Notes under the pieces: model-generated
What the model saw: the letters and a program-made list of their open reading frames with translations, nothing else
What the model was told of the DNA's origin: nothing
Database searches by the model: none
Source: Actinomycetota bacterium
GTDB taxonomy: Bacteria; Actinomycetota; Actinomycetes; Actinomycetales; Microbacteriaceae
Reading direction: 5' to 3'
Assembly: GCA_041180145.1 (NCBI GenBank)
Contig: JBEGSA010000002.1
Span: 14,583-78,582, forward strand
Length of the DNA: 64,000 bases
Shown here: piece after piece, positions 1-9,077 of the stretch
How the letters are laid out: each line of letters begins with the position of its first letter
Position numbering within the stretch: the stretch's first letter is position 1
Translations under genes and position numbers: made by a program

Positions 1-742
1 GGCTAATCGAAGTGCCATCATTGTCAAAGCCAATCGCCAGGTGGGCCACATCTCGGTTTAGCCATCTCGCATATCTTCGGGGTTCGATAACCTGTTGGCC
101 GATGAGCACTGCGCAGTCAATTGAATCGAGGTGCCGTTCGCTAAGTCGTTGACCAAGCGAAACGTAGGTTTGATTCGGCGACGCCGCTAAGAGCGCTCGA
201 AGAGCCTCGATGCGAGGTTGGCCACCCAGTTGACTGGGGTATCCGGTTGGCCCCAAATCGGTGCGACCCACCAAACCTTGGTCATGGGTAACCAAGTGTC
301 CAACTCCGGCTGCGGCCAGGCCCAACGCAACCGCCAAACCGGGTTTTGAAAGGTCTTCGATGTGAACGCTTCGTTTCGAGCGGGCCGACAATATCTGTTG
401 CCCCTCGACGCCATGAACCAAACTGGCTCGAATGATTTCAGAAAAGGCCGAGGAGATATACTCGCTTGAGAGTTCGGGTTCGATCAGCTTTTGGTTCGGT
501 TGGCGAAGCAGCAACGGGCCAACCTGATCGATCACTTCGTTGGCCTCTTGATCGGTTAAGCCAAGGTGGCGGTTCATCTCAGGCAAAGATTCATCTGCGA
601 TGCCTCGATACAAAAGGCCAATCAACTGTTCTTGAGCCTTGCTCAGGTTCTTTAAGACCAGCTGTGAGTGGCCAACGCCCAACTGCATGCGTTTTGGGTC
701 GCGCCACAGGGCCGGTTGGTTGGGATTGATTCGAAGCACCAT
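1..742 (-). CDS. ThiF/E1-like (TOMM cyclodehydratase-like, Rv3196-type) protein, 3'-truncated by the window edge
   Basis: Not in the ORF track because it has no stop in the window. Manual translation from ATG at 742 gives MVLRINPNQPALWRDPKRMQLG...GLAAAGVGHLVTHD...WLNRDVAHLAIGFD. It has a ThiF-like LAAAGVG motif and sits beside the zincin gene as in other actinobacteria. Confidence 0.75.
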   Translation of the reverse strand, partial: MVLRINPNQPALWRDPKRMQLGVGHSQLVLKNLSKAQEQLIGLLYRGIADESLPEMNRHLGLTDQEANEVIDQVGPLLLRQPNQKLIEPELSSEYISSAFSEIIRASLVHGVEGQQILSARSKRSVHIEDLSKPGLAVALGLAAAGVGHLVTHDQGLVGRTDLGPTGYPSQLGGQPRIEALRALLAASPNQTYVSLGQRLSERHLDSIDCAVLIGQQVIEPRRYARWLNRDVAHLAIGFDNDGTSIS

Positions 743-779
743 GCCACGATTTTCACCGAACCGAAAAAAGACCGCCTAA

Positions 780-790
780 GTTATCCCCAG
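780..790 (-). promoter_or_regulatory. DnaA-box-like motif CTGGGGATAAC upstream of the ThiF-like gene
   Basis: Plus strand GTTATCCCCAG. It ends 37 nt before the ATG; a -10-like GAAAAT lies 6 nt before the ATG. Confidence 0.45.
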
Positions 791-799
791 TGGTCGAGG

Positions 800-2128
800 T
801 TATTCGCCCAGCAAATCGCGAAGAGCCTTGTCGATTTCATCGCCGTCTTGGTCGGGGCTCGACAATTTTGCAATCAGTGCACTCGGGTCGGCGATGTCGG
901 CAGCCCGCGGTAACAGGTCAACGTGATCCCAAAGCGCATCTCGCTTCACCGCTCCAACCGCATCGCCAATCATTCTCCACATTCGGGCAGCCTCTCGAAG
1001 TTTGCGGGGCCTGAGTTCTAGTCCCAAGAGCGTGCCAAAAGTCTGTTCGGCAGGGCCACCGGTTGCTCTGCGGCGCCTAATTGCCTCGGCCAAAGACGAA
1101 GCCTTCGGCAGCAGCTTCGTCGCATCCTCGGTGACCACGTCGACCCAGCCTTCGATGAGTGCCAGCGTGGTCTCGATTCGATCTAAAGCCAAATTCTGTT
1201 CTTCGGTTCGAGCAGCGATAAACGCTCCGGATTCGAGGGCGCGCTTCAGTTCATCCGTGTTGTTTGGGTCAAAGTCTTCGGCGATTTCAGTGATTCGAGA
1301 GTTATCAATCGAGATGCCTGCCGCATAGCTCGTGATTTGCGAAACTACGGCATCTGCTAGCCACTTGCTGTGTTTGAACAATCGAGCATGCGCCATTTCA
1401 CGCACGGCCAGATAGATGTAGGCCTGATCGTGCTCGATCTCAAGTCCACCAACGAATGTCTCTAGATTTTGGGGCACGAAAGCCGCGCGCTGATCTTTGA
1501 ATATCGGCAGGCCAATGTCGCCGCCGGTCAGCACCTCGGCTGAAAGTTTGCCCAGGGCTTGGCCGAGCTGCATGGCAAAAAGCGCTCCGCCGGCAGATTT
1601 CATCAGACTGCTTGCATCACCGAGCAGTGCCGACAGCTCCTCTGGGGCATTTGCCTTCATGTTTTCCGACAGCGCTTCGCTCATTCGGTCGGCAACGGGC
1701 TGGGCAAGCGCCTCGAACAAAACCGCCGCATCGGCAACCCAGATGTCGCGTGAAAGAAACTTCGGTTCGTTGGTCAGTTCTGAAATTTGAGTGGCGCCAT
1801 TGAGCCAAAGCGAACCGATCGAGACCGCATCGGCAATGGCTTTGCGAGTCGCCTCAGATATCGGTCGAGCATCTTTTTTAGCAATTTCGCGCGCCTGTTT
1901 GGTTGCCAGTTCCCAGTTGACTCCAGAACCCTCTTGACCGGCTAGCCCGCCGATCGCAGCCTTGATTTGCTCAATCATTTTGGCCAGGGCCGCTGGGTCG
2001 CTGGGCAGGCCGGCAACCTCGGCAAGCTTGTCGGCATCCATGCCATTTTGGCCGGCCAGAAAATCCCGCAAGAACGCCTCGAAATCTTCGGGGCTCATTC
2101 CGCCGCCGTTACCCTGGTTCTCGCTCAT
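800..2128 (-). CDS. Zinc-dependent metalloprotease-like protein (DUF2342/Rv3195 family)
   Basis: 442 aa ORF with REMAHARLF and LALIEGWVDVV motifs and RRRATGGPAEQTF...GLELRPR, typical of this actinobacterial family. Confidence 0.85.
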   Translation of the reverse strand: MSENQGNGGGMSPEDFEAFLRDFLAGQNGMDADKLAEVAGLPSDPAALAKMIEQIKAAIGGLAGQEGSGVNWELATKQAREIAKKDARPISEATRKAIADAVSIGSLWLNGATQISELTNEPKFLSRDIWVADAAVLFEALAQPVADRMSEALSENMKANAPEELSALLGDASSLMKSAGGALFAMQLGQALGKLSAEVLTGGDIGLPIFKDQRAAFVPQNLETFVGGLEIEHDQAYIYLAVREMAHARLFKHSKWLADAVVSQITSYAAGISIDNSRITEIAEDFDPNNTDELKRALESGAFIAARTEEQNLALDRIETTLALIEGWVDVVTEDATKLLPKASSLAEAIRRRRATGGPAEQTFGTLLGLELRPRKLREAARMWRMIGDAVGAVKRDALWDHVDLLPRAADIADPSALIAKLSSPDQDGDEIDKALRDLLGE

Positions 2129-2189
2129 TTCGCCTCCTCAATAACGCTAACTCACCTAGGCTTAACCTCAACGAATCAGAGTGAGGTAG

Positions 2190-3290
2190 TTGTTGAGCTT
2201 TTTCGACGACCAGGAATGGCAAAATCGCCGTCAACGCGGGCGCAATCGACGGTTCTTCGGTTGGAGCCTGATGGGTCTGTTCTCTGCAGGCTTACTAGTT
2301 GGCGCTTACCTGCCAACTCCATACGTGATTGAACAGCCTGGCCCGACCTTCAATGTGCTCGGCGAGTCAGACGGCAAGCAGGTCATCTCGATCGAGGGTG
2401 CCAAGAGCTACAAGACGGCGGGCAATCTCGACCTGCTCACTGTGAGCCTGGTCGGCAACCGCGAAGAAACCCCGAATTGGTTCGAGCTTGCCGCGGCTTA
2501 CCTTGACCCTGCAAAAATCATCATTCCCCTCGACGAGGCTTTTCCGCCAGAACAGACTCAAGAGCAATACGAGGCTGAGTCGAGCGCAATGATGGAGGAG
2601 TCCCAGCAAGATGCCATCGCGGCGGCCCTAACCACCCAGGGCTACCAGATTCCCAGCCACATCTACATCAGTGAAGTCACCAAGGGTGGCGCATCGAGCA
2701 ATAAGTTGGTTGCGGCCGACTTCATCGTTTCGGTAAATGGCATTCCGGTCGCCGAGATCGAAAAGCTAAGGGCCGTCGTAGACACCTTTGACGGCAAGAC
2801 TCCGCTAAAGGTCGAAGTAAAGCGCGGTTCAAAGGTGTTGACCGAACAAATTTCACCGGTCAAAGACGCAACCGGCGCTTATCGCCTCGGCATCCTGGTT
2901 GGTTATAAATATGACTTTCCGATCAAGGTCAACCTGCAGCTGAGCGATGTTGGTGGCCCAAGCGGCGGCATGATGTTTGCCCTCGGCATCATCGACAAGT
3001 TGACCCCCGGTTACCTAAACGGTGGCAAGTATGTGGCCGGCACCGGAACCATCACGGCGTCGGGTGTAGTTGGCCCGATTGGCGGCATTCGTCAAAAGCT
3101 TTATGGCGCCTACGACCAAGGCGCGAAGTATTTCCTAGCCCCGGCAGAAAATTGCGATGAGGTAGTCGGGAACATCCCGGGTGATTTGAAGGTTTTCTCT
3201 GTGGCAAAGCTCACCGACGCGCTGAACGTGCTTAGCAAAATAAGCGCCGGTGCGGATTTGAGCACATTACCGACCTGCAAGACCAAGTAA
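2190..3290 (+). CDS. PDZ-domain Lon-like (S16) secreted protease, YlbL/Rv3194c family
   Basis: N-terminal TM segment, PYVIEQPGP, PDZ region, catalytic GGPSGG..F and GPIGGIRQK motifs. Confidence 0.9.
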   Translation: MLSFFDDQEWQNRRQRGRNRRFFGWSLMGLFSAGLLVGAYLPTPYVIEQPGPTFNVLGESDGKQVISIEGAKSYKTAGNLDLLTVSLVGNREETPNWFELAAAYLDPAKIIIPLDEAFPPEQTQEQYEAESSAMMEESQQDAIAAALTTQGYQIPSHIYISEVTKGGASSNKLVAADFIVSVNGIPVAEIEKLRAVVDTFDGKTPLKVEVKRGSKVLTEQISPVKDATGAYRLGILVGYKYDFPIKVNLQLSDVGGPSGGMMFALGIIDKLTPGYLNGGKYVAGTGTITASGVVGPIGGIRQKLYGAYDQGAKYFLAPAENCDEVVGNIPGDLKVFSVAKLTDALNVLSKISAGADLSTLPTCKTK

Positions 3291-3315
3291 CTAAGCATCA
3301 TCAAGGAGCACATTC

Positions 3316-6201
3316 GTGACCACTGCAACAAACTTGCGTGCACCAAAGCGCCAGACCCCAGCCCGCATCGCACTGTCGATCATCGTTGTGCTTGCGGTTT
3401 TGCTGCTCAGCGCCTCGGGTGTTTATACCGACCTGCTCTGGTTTGGACAGCTCGGTTTTGAAGAGGTTTTCACCACCCGCATTTATGCGCAGGCCGCTTT
3501 GTTTGCGGTTGCTGCGTTGGCGTTCGGGGCAATCACCGGCCTCGGGGTTTACTTGGCATTCAAAAATCGCCCAATCTATCTAAAGTTTCCTGACGGTCGC
3601 GACCCGTTTGGCGCCTATCGCGCCATTCTCGACCAGCTTCGCAAGCTGATTTTGATCGGTGTGCCAACCCTCCTTGGCGTATTTGCAGGCTTCGCGGCGA
3701 GCAGTCAGTGGGAGATGGTTCTGGCTTGGTTGAACCGAACCTACACGGGTGAAGTTGACGCGCAGTTCGGTCTCGACATCTCGTTCTACCTGTTTGACCT
3801 TCCGTTCCTAGGTGGTCTTGTCGGCCTGCTCTCAGCTGCGGTTCTGCTTTCCGGTCTGCTAGCCGCTGCGGTTCACCTAATCTTTGGTGGCATCCGAGTT
3901 TCTGGTCGCGACTCAAAGCTGACCAAGGCGGCCAGAGTTCAACTCGCAATCACTGCGTCCCTATACCTTGCCGTTCAAGGTGCAAGCCTTTGGCTCGACC
4001 AGTACCGCACCATGACCAGCTCGTCTGGCCTCTACACCGGTGCGACCTACGCCGATGTCAACGCGACCATCCCAGGTTTTCAGATTTTGGCGATGATTTC
4101 AGCAGTGGTTGCTGCGCTGTTCTTGGTTTCTGCCGTCATCGGCAAGTGGCGTTTGGCAATCATGGGCACCGCCCTAATGGTGATCAGCTCAATAGTTCTT
4201 GGCGGCATTTACCCCTGGGTGGTTCAGAACTTTCAGGTAGGCCCAAACGAGCGCACCCTCGAAGCCGAATACATCGATAGAAATATCGAAGCCACCCGAA
4301 AGGCCTACGGCCTAGACAAGGTCGAAGTGGTCGATTACAAGGCAACCACGGATGCCGCGCCTGGCGCGTTGCGCACCGATGCCGAAACTACTGCCAACAT
4401 TCGAATCATTGACCCTGCCCTCGTGAGCGCATCTTTCAAGCAGCTAGAGCAGTACAAGCAGTATTACAACTTCGAGTCGCACCTCGATGTCGACCGATAC
4501 GAGATAGACGGAAAAGTTCAAGACACAGTTATCGCGGTTCGAGAGCTTGACCAGTCGGGCCTTGGCTCTTCCCAGTCTTGGTACAACAGCACCATTGTCT
4601 ATACCCACGGCTACGGCGTAGTGGCTGCCTACGGAAACCAAGGTTCGACCGAGGGTCAGCCGGTCTTCTTGCAAAAGGGAATCCCGACCAATGGCTTACT
4701 TGGCAAGTACGAGCCAAGGGTTTACTTCGGTGAAAAGTCACCGACCTACTCAATCGTGGGTGCTCCCGCCGGCGCCGAACCTCGTGAGATGGATTACCCG
4801 GCTGGAGACGGCGAAGCGGACCAAACCTACACAACCTTCAAGGGCAACGGTGGTCCAAAACTAGACAACATCTTTGCTCGCTTGGCCTACGCGCTTAAGT
4901 TCCAGAGCGAGCAGATTTTGCTTTCTGACGCGATCACGAACGAATCTCAGATTCTTTACCAACGCACACCTCGCGAACGTGTCGCGGCGGTCGCGCCTTA
5001 TCTAACCCTCGACAGCGATAGTTATCCGGCTGTTGTTGACGGTCGTGTGGTTTGGATCGTCGACGGCTACACTACCTCGGCAAACTACCCATACTCTCGT
5101 GCCGAAAACCTCAGCGTTTCGGTTGCCGACAGCAACACCACCGACCCATTGGTTCGCGGTTCGATCAACTACATTCGAAACTCGGTAAAGGCTACGGTCG
5201 ATGCCTACAGCGGCGAAGTCAAGCTCTATGCCTGGGATGACAAAGACCCAATTCTGAAGACCTGGTCAAAGGTCTATCCGAACAGCATTCGCCCGGTTTC
5301 TGAGATGTCTGGCGACCTGTTGAGCCACGTTCGTTACCCTGCTGATTTGTTCAAGATGCAGCGTGCCATTCTCGGCCAGTACCACGTCACCGAGGCTGGC
5401 GCGTTCTATTCGCAAGAAGACGCCTGGATGACGCCGAACGACCCGGTTGGTCAGGTATCTGGTGCGACCGGCACCGAACAGCCGCCGTACTTCTTGACAA
5501 TGCAGGTTCCGGGCACGACTCGTCCGGCTTTCTCGATCTACTCGAGCTTTATCCCTCGCTCGACCGGTGAATCGACTCGAAACGTGTTGAAGGGTTACTT
5601 TGTTGCCGACTCTGATGCCGGTTCGGTCGCGGGCAAGGTTTCGGGCGACTATGGCAAGCTCAGATTGCTAACCCTCCCATCGAGCACGATTGTTCCGGGC
5701 CCGGGTCAGGTGCAGGCTTCATTCAACGCCGACTCCGAGGTTTCTCGTCTGCTGAACATTCTCAGACAGGGCTCGACCAAGGTGCTCAATGGCAACTTGC
5801 TCACCCTTCCAGTGGGTGGCGGCCTTCTATACGTGCAACCGGTTTATATCCAGTCAACCGGTGAAACCAGCTTCCCTCTTCTCAAAAAGGTGCTGGTTGC
5901 CTTCGGCGACAAAATTGCCTTCGAAGACACCCTTAGCCAGGCCTTGGATGTCTTGTTTGGCGGTGACTCAGGCGCGGCTGCAGGAGACGGCGGCGGAACA
6001 GTGGTCACGCCTTCAGAGCCGGGAGCACCGAACAACCCAACCGGTGGCGACAATGCTGCTCTAACCAAGGCGCTGCAGCAGGCCCGAACCGCCATTAGCG
6101 ATAAAGAGAAGGCCCTTGCGGCCGGCGACTGGACTGCTTATGGAAAGGCTGAAAAAGCTCTAACCGCTGCAATCGCTGCCGCTTTGGCTGCTCTTAAGTA
6201 G
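3316..6201 (+). CDS. UPF0182 family integral membrane protein
   Basis: 961 aa with multi-TM N-terminus and YTDLLWF, YTHGYG, NYIRNSVKA and RYPADLF motifs. Confidence 0.93.
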   Translation: MTTATNLRAPKRQTPARIALSIIVVLAVLLLSASGVYTDLLWFGQLGFEEVFTTRIYAQAALFAVAALAFGAITGLGVYLAFKNRPIYLKFPDGRDPFGAYRAILDQLRKLILIGVPTLLGVFAGFAASSQWEMVLAWLNRTYTGEVDAQFGLDISFYLFDLPFLGGLVGLLSAAVLLSGLLAAAVHLIFGGIRVSGRDSKLTKAARVQLAITASLYLAVQGASLWLDQYRTMTSSSGLYTGATYADVNATIPGFQILAMISAVVAALFLVSAVIGKWRLAIMGTALMVISSIVLGGIYPWVVQNFQVGPNERTLEAEYIDRNIEATRKAYGLDKVEVVDYKATTDAAPGALRTDAETTANIRIIDPALVSASFKQLEQYKQYYNFESHLDVDRYEIDGKVQDTVIAVRELDQSGLGSSQSWYNSTIVYTHGYGVVAAYGNQGSTEGQPVFLQKGIPTNGLLGKYEPRVYFGEKSPTYSIVGAPAGAEPREMDYPAGDGEADQTYTTFKGNGGPKLDNIFARLAYALKFQSEQILLSDAITNESQILYQRTPRERVAAVAPYLTLDSDSYPAVVDGRVVWIVDGYTTSANYPYSRAENLSVSVADSNTTDPLVRGSINYIRNSVKATVDAYSGEVKLYAWDDKDPILKTWSKVYPNSIRPVSEMSGDLLSHVRYPADLFKMQRAILGQYHVTEAGAFYSQEDAWMTPNDPVGQVSGATGTEQPPYFLTMQVPGTTRPAFSIYSSFIPRSTGESTRNVLKGYFVADSDAGSVAGKVSGDYGKLRLLTLPSSTIVPGPGQVQASFNADSEVSRLLNILRQGSTKVLNGNLLTLPVGGGLLYVQPVYIQSTGETSFPLLKKVLVAFGDKIAFEDTLSQALDVLFGGDSGAAAGDGGGTVVTPSEPGAPNNPTGGDNAALTKALQQARTAISDKEKALAAGDWTAYGKAEKALTAAIAAALAALK

Positions 6202-6247
6202 GAGGATTAGCAACCGCCTCAAAGGCGTGCTACACTTGGAACTTCGC

Positions 6248-6321
6248 CGCGGGGTGGAGCAGTTCGGTAGCTCGCCGGGCTCATAACCCGGAGGTCGTAG
6301 GTTCAAATCCTGCCCCCGCAA
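6248..6321 (+). tRNA. tRNA-fMet (initiator, anticodon CAT); CCA not encoded
   Basis: CGCGGGGTGGAGCAGTTCGGTAGCTCG...CCGGG-CTCATAA-CCCGG...GGTTCAAATCC; C1:A72 mismatch and GGG/CCC anticodon stem; -10 TACACT just upstream. Confidence 0.97.
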
Positions 6322-6328
6322 CTAGAAA

Positions 6329-6362
6329 CAAAAGTTCGATCTCGAGAGAGATCGAACTTTTG
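6329..6362 (+). terminator. Intrinsic terminator after tRNA-fMet
   Basis: Perfect inverted repeat CAAAAGTTCGATCTC-GAGA-GAGATCGAACTTTTG followed by CTTT. Confidence 0.85.
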
Positions 6363-6374
6363 CTTTAACCGAGC

Positions 6375-6385
6375 CTGTGAATAAC
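6375..6385 (+). promoter_or_regulatory. DnaA-box-like motif CTGTGAATAAC upstream of the PKD-like protein gene
   Basis: It ends 37 nt before the ATG at 6423; -10 TAATCT lies 6 nt before the ATG. Confidence 0.45.
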
Positions 6386-6422
6386 CTCGGCGCAATTTTC
6401 CGCTTAGCCCTAATCTCGAGCC

Positions 6423-7424
6423 ATGTTTTCAAGGTGGATGAATGGGCTTCTCGGACTGGCTTTGGTCTCCTGTCTAATTTCCTTTGCACCGGTGCCAAGC
6501 TTCGCCGCCTGCCAAACCTCGGGCGAGGGCTCATTTTCGTCAGGGTTCGAGATAAGTGGCAATGTCGTCACGCTCTGTGGCAAGGCGGTTGAGGTTCAGC
6601 CCGCCCGCAGCGCGGTCGTGATCACCACAACCATTCGTCCAGTAACGGTTGTCACGCCGAAACCGGTGGCTCCCAAACCCGTGGCTCCCAAGCCTGCACC
6701 CACTCCCACAAAGCCACCAGTCAAGGTCCAACCCATCGTTCAAATCAAAACCCCGGTTGTCCTAAAAATCATCATGGTTGACCGCTATGTTCCACCTCCA
6801 CCGAAGGTGGTGTTGCCGATTCCAGTCAGGCCTGCACCCAAGCCAACCCCCACACCAACGCCAAGAAAGCCGATCCCCGTGCCAACGGCACCGGCACCAA
6901 CATTGACAACGCTGGTTACCGTAGTCACCACCCCGAGCGTCACAACCGTCGATGTCGGTTCGGTTTCATTCACGCCGGCTGCAATGTCAGCAAGCGTTTC
7001 AGATTCGAGTCTCAGAGTTGGGCAACCGGCTATCTTTTCGGCCGATCCCTTCGCGCACTTCCGAACCGGAACCATCCTTGGTCGGGCCACAGAGGTGAGT
7101 TTTACTCCGTCTTCGGTGAGTTGGTCGTTTAGCGATGGCGGTGAGGCCAGCGGCGCGAACGCGAGTCATTCATTCGCGAGCTCGGGTAGCAAAACCGCAA
7201 TCGCTTCGGTGACTTACTCGGTGGCCTATCGCTTTGTTGCTGGAGGTGGGTGGGTTACTCAGGGTTCGATCGACATGTCTGCCCAGGTTCAGGTTTTAGT
7301 TTCGGAATCCGGAACAGTTGCTCCACCAACAGCAACACCGGTCAGCCCGCCTAAAAAAGTTGTCTTTCTGGTGGCCCGAAATTGCCTCGCAAATGCTGGG
7401 GCGATTGGTTGTCTAAGCGGATAG
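6423..7424 (+). CDS. Secreted Pro/Lys/Thr-rich protein with a C-terminal PKD-like domain
   Basis: Signal peptide, PKPVA repeats, VSWSFSDG...SHSFASSG PKD-like motif, and Cys pairs at both termini. Confidence 0.7.
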   Translation: MFSRWMNGLLGLALVSCLISFAPVPSFAACQTSGEGSFSSGFEISGNVVTLCGKAVEVQPARSAVVITTTIRPVTVVTPKPVAPKPVAPKPAPTPTKPPVKVQPIVQIKTPVVLKIIMVDRYVPPPPKVVLPIPVRPAPKPTPTPTPRKPIPVPTAPAPTLTTLVTVVTTPSVTTVDVGSVSFTPAAMSASVSDSSLRVGQPAIFSADPFAHFRTGTILGRATEVSFTPSSVSWSFSDGGEASGANASHSFASSGSKTAIASVTYSVAYRFVAGGGWVTQGSIDMSAQVQVLVSESGTVAPPTATPVSPPKKVVFLVARNCLANAGAIGCLSG

Positions 7425-7429
7425 CGATA

Positions 7430-7473
7430 TTCAGATTACTCTCAGATTCCTTTCATAAACTAATCAGGCTTGC
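7430..7473 (+). promoter_or_regulatory. Four 11-nt-phased TCAG-core direct repeats (MprA-type OmpR-family boxes) upstream of htrA
   Basis: TTCAGATTACT/CTCAGATTCCT/TTCATAAACTA/ATCAGGCTTGC, with cores at 7431, 7442, 7453 and 7464. Confidence 0.6.
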
Positions 7474-7514
7474 GTGCAACTCTTGAGTCAAGAAAAGCAA
7501 TTGAAAGGCAAACC

Positions 7515-8738
7515 TTGAGCGACTACAACCGCCAATTTCTATTCGACGTTCCGGCCGCCGTTTACCCGGCCAAACCAAAGCTTTCGCTTAAGCAACGACT
7601 AGCAAAGAAAACCACTTTCTTGACCATCGGTGCGGCCATCTCGGTCGGTGCGCTGGTCGGCGCCGCTGCCGGCGCCGGTGTTGGCATCGGTCTTTACACC
7701 TACATTTCTAAGCCTGCTCCGGTCGTGGTCAACAACGCCGCAAATGTCACCTGGGTCACCGCCGCCGCAGCAACGGCATCGCCATCGGTGGTCACCATCA
7801 ATGTCTCAGGTTCATCCGGTGCCGGCAATGGCTCGGGTGTGGTGTTGAGCGCTGATGGCTATGCATTGACCAATGCGCACGTGGTCACCCTCGATGGCTC
7901 AGAGGCCTCGGTGAAGATTGAGGTCAAGACCTTCGACGGTCACATTTATTCGGCCTCGGTGGTCGGCATTGATGCGACCAACGACCTAGCAGTGATCAAA
8001 GTCGATAGCCCGGTCGCCATGATTCCGATTGCCTTCGCCGACTCAAACAAGCTCAATGTTGGCGATGAAGTGGTTGCACTCGGCGCACCACTTGGCCTTT
8101 CAAACACGGTCACTCAGGGCATTGTTTCTGCTCTAAACCGCACAATTCAGGTTGCCTCGTCGGCGGCCCCTGAAAATTCTGACAACGGTGGCGGTGGTCT
8201 TCAGTTCTTTAGCGGCTCTGGCAACGCGATCAACCTTCGTGTTATTCAGACCGACGCCGCAATTAACCCAGGCAACTCGGGTGGCGCACTGGTAAACCAG
8301 AGCGGTCAGCTGATTGGCATCAACGTGGCAATTGCCTCGGCTGGTTCGGCAGGCGCTTCTGGCAGCATCGGAGTCGGCTTCGCAATTCCAGCGAACGTAG
8401 CCAAGCGAGTTGCCGACGAGATCATAAAAACCGGCACCGCGAGTCACGGTTTGCTAGGTGCGGCAGTTGCCGATGCCGCCAACTCTGACAACTCGGCCAG
8501 CTTCTCGGTGGGAGCAGAGGTCAAAGAGCTCACCCCCGGCGGCGCAGCCGAAAAGGGTGGCCTCAAGGTCGGAGACGTAGTGACCAAGTTCAACGGCTCC
8601 GTCGTCACCAGTGCCAGCGAGTTGACCGCGGCTGTGCGCCAAGAGCCAGCTGGGGCCAAGGCCACCGTCGAGTTTCTTCGCGATGGCAAGGTTCAGAGCA
8701 TTCAGGTTACCCTCGGCAACTCGGCCGACCTAAAATAG
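7515..8738 (+). CDS. htrA: HtrA/DegP-like (PepD-type) membrane-anchored serine protease with PDZ domain
   Basis: TNAHVV, DLAVIK and QTDAAINPGNSGGAL catalytic motifs plus C-terminal PDZ; start moved to TTG 7515 behind RBS GAAAGG. Confidence 0.9.
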   Translation: MSDYNRQFLFDVPAAVYPAKPKLSLKQRLAKKTTFLTIGAAISVGALVGAAAGAGVGIGLYTYISKPAPVVVNNAANVTWVTAAAATASPSVVTINVSGSSGAGNGSGVVLSADGYALTNAHVVTLDGSEASVKIEVKTFDGHIYSASVVGIDATNDLAVIKVDSPVAMIPIAFADSNKLNVGDEVVALGAPLGLSNTVTQGIVSALNRTIQVASSAAPENSDNGGGGLQFFSGSGNAINLRVIQTDAAINPGNSGGALVNQSGQLIGINVAIASAGSAGASGSIGVGFAIPANVAKRVADEIIKTGTASHGLLGAAVADAANSDNSASFSVGAEVKELTPGGAAEKGGLKVGDVVTKFNGSVVTSASELTAAVRQEPAGAKATVEFLRDGKVQSIQVTLGNSADLK

Positions 8739-8765
8739 GCTGACAGGTCAAAGAGAGGCACATTC

Positions 8766-9053
8766 ATGGATGACTTCGGTCGCGATGGCGTAGGCGGGCA
8801 AACCGCTGGCTCAACCCTCCTCGAAGAGCAGGTTCAAAACGTTGAACCCGGTGACCACGAGCGCAACAGCCACTACGTTCGCAAAGAGAAGATCGTCGAA
8901 TCTGCCGTTCTTGGAACCCCGGTGGTTGCCCTCTGCGGCAAGATCTGGGTGCCGGGTCGTGACCCAGAAAAGTTTCCGATTTGCCCAACCTGTAAAGACA
9001 TTTACGAGGGACTTCGACCAGAAGACCCGAAGAGTTCAGAGCCTTCAAAATAA
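8766..9053 (+). CDS. DUF3039 family small Cys/His (Zn-binding) protein
   Basis: GDHERNSHYV..KI.ESAV.G.PVVALCGKIWVPGRDP.KFPICPTCK. Confidence 0.9.
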   Translation: MDDFGRDGVGGQTAGSTLLEEQVQNVEPGDHERNSHYVRKEKIVESAVLGTPVVALCGKIWVPGRDPEKFPICPTCKDIYEGLRPEDPKSSEPSK

Positions 9054-9077
9054 ACCTCCGAAGGTAGACTTGCGTTC

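Noticed and set aside
1-742. RiPP/TOMM biosynthetic cluster suggested by the ThiF/cyclodehydratase-like gene
   Set aside because: No YcaO, dehydrogenase or precursor peptide is visible in the window, and the gene sits in a widely conserved non-RiPP neighbourhood.
187-1014. Short ORFs of 74-87 aa in the ORF track at the window start
   Set aside because: They overlap the real, edge-truncated minus-strand ThiF-like CDS (start 742) and the zincin gene.
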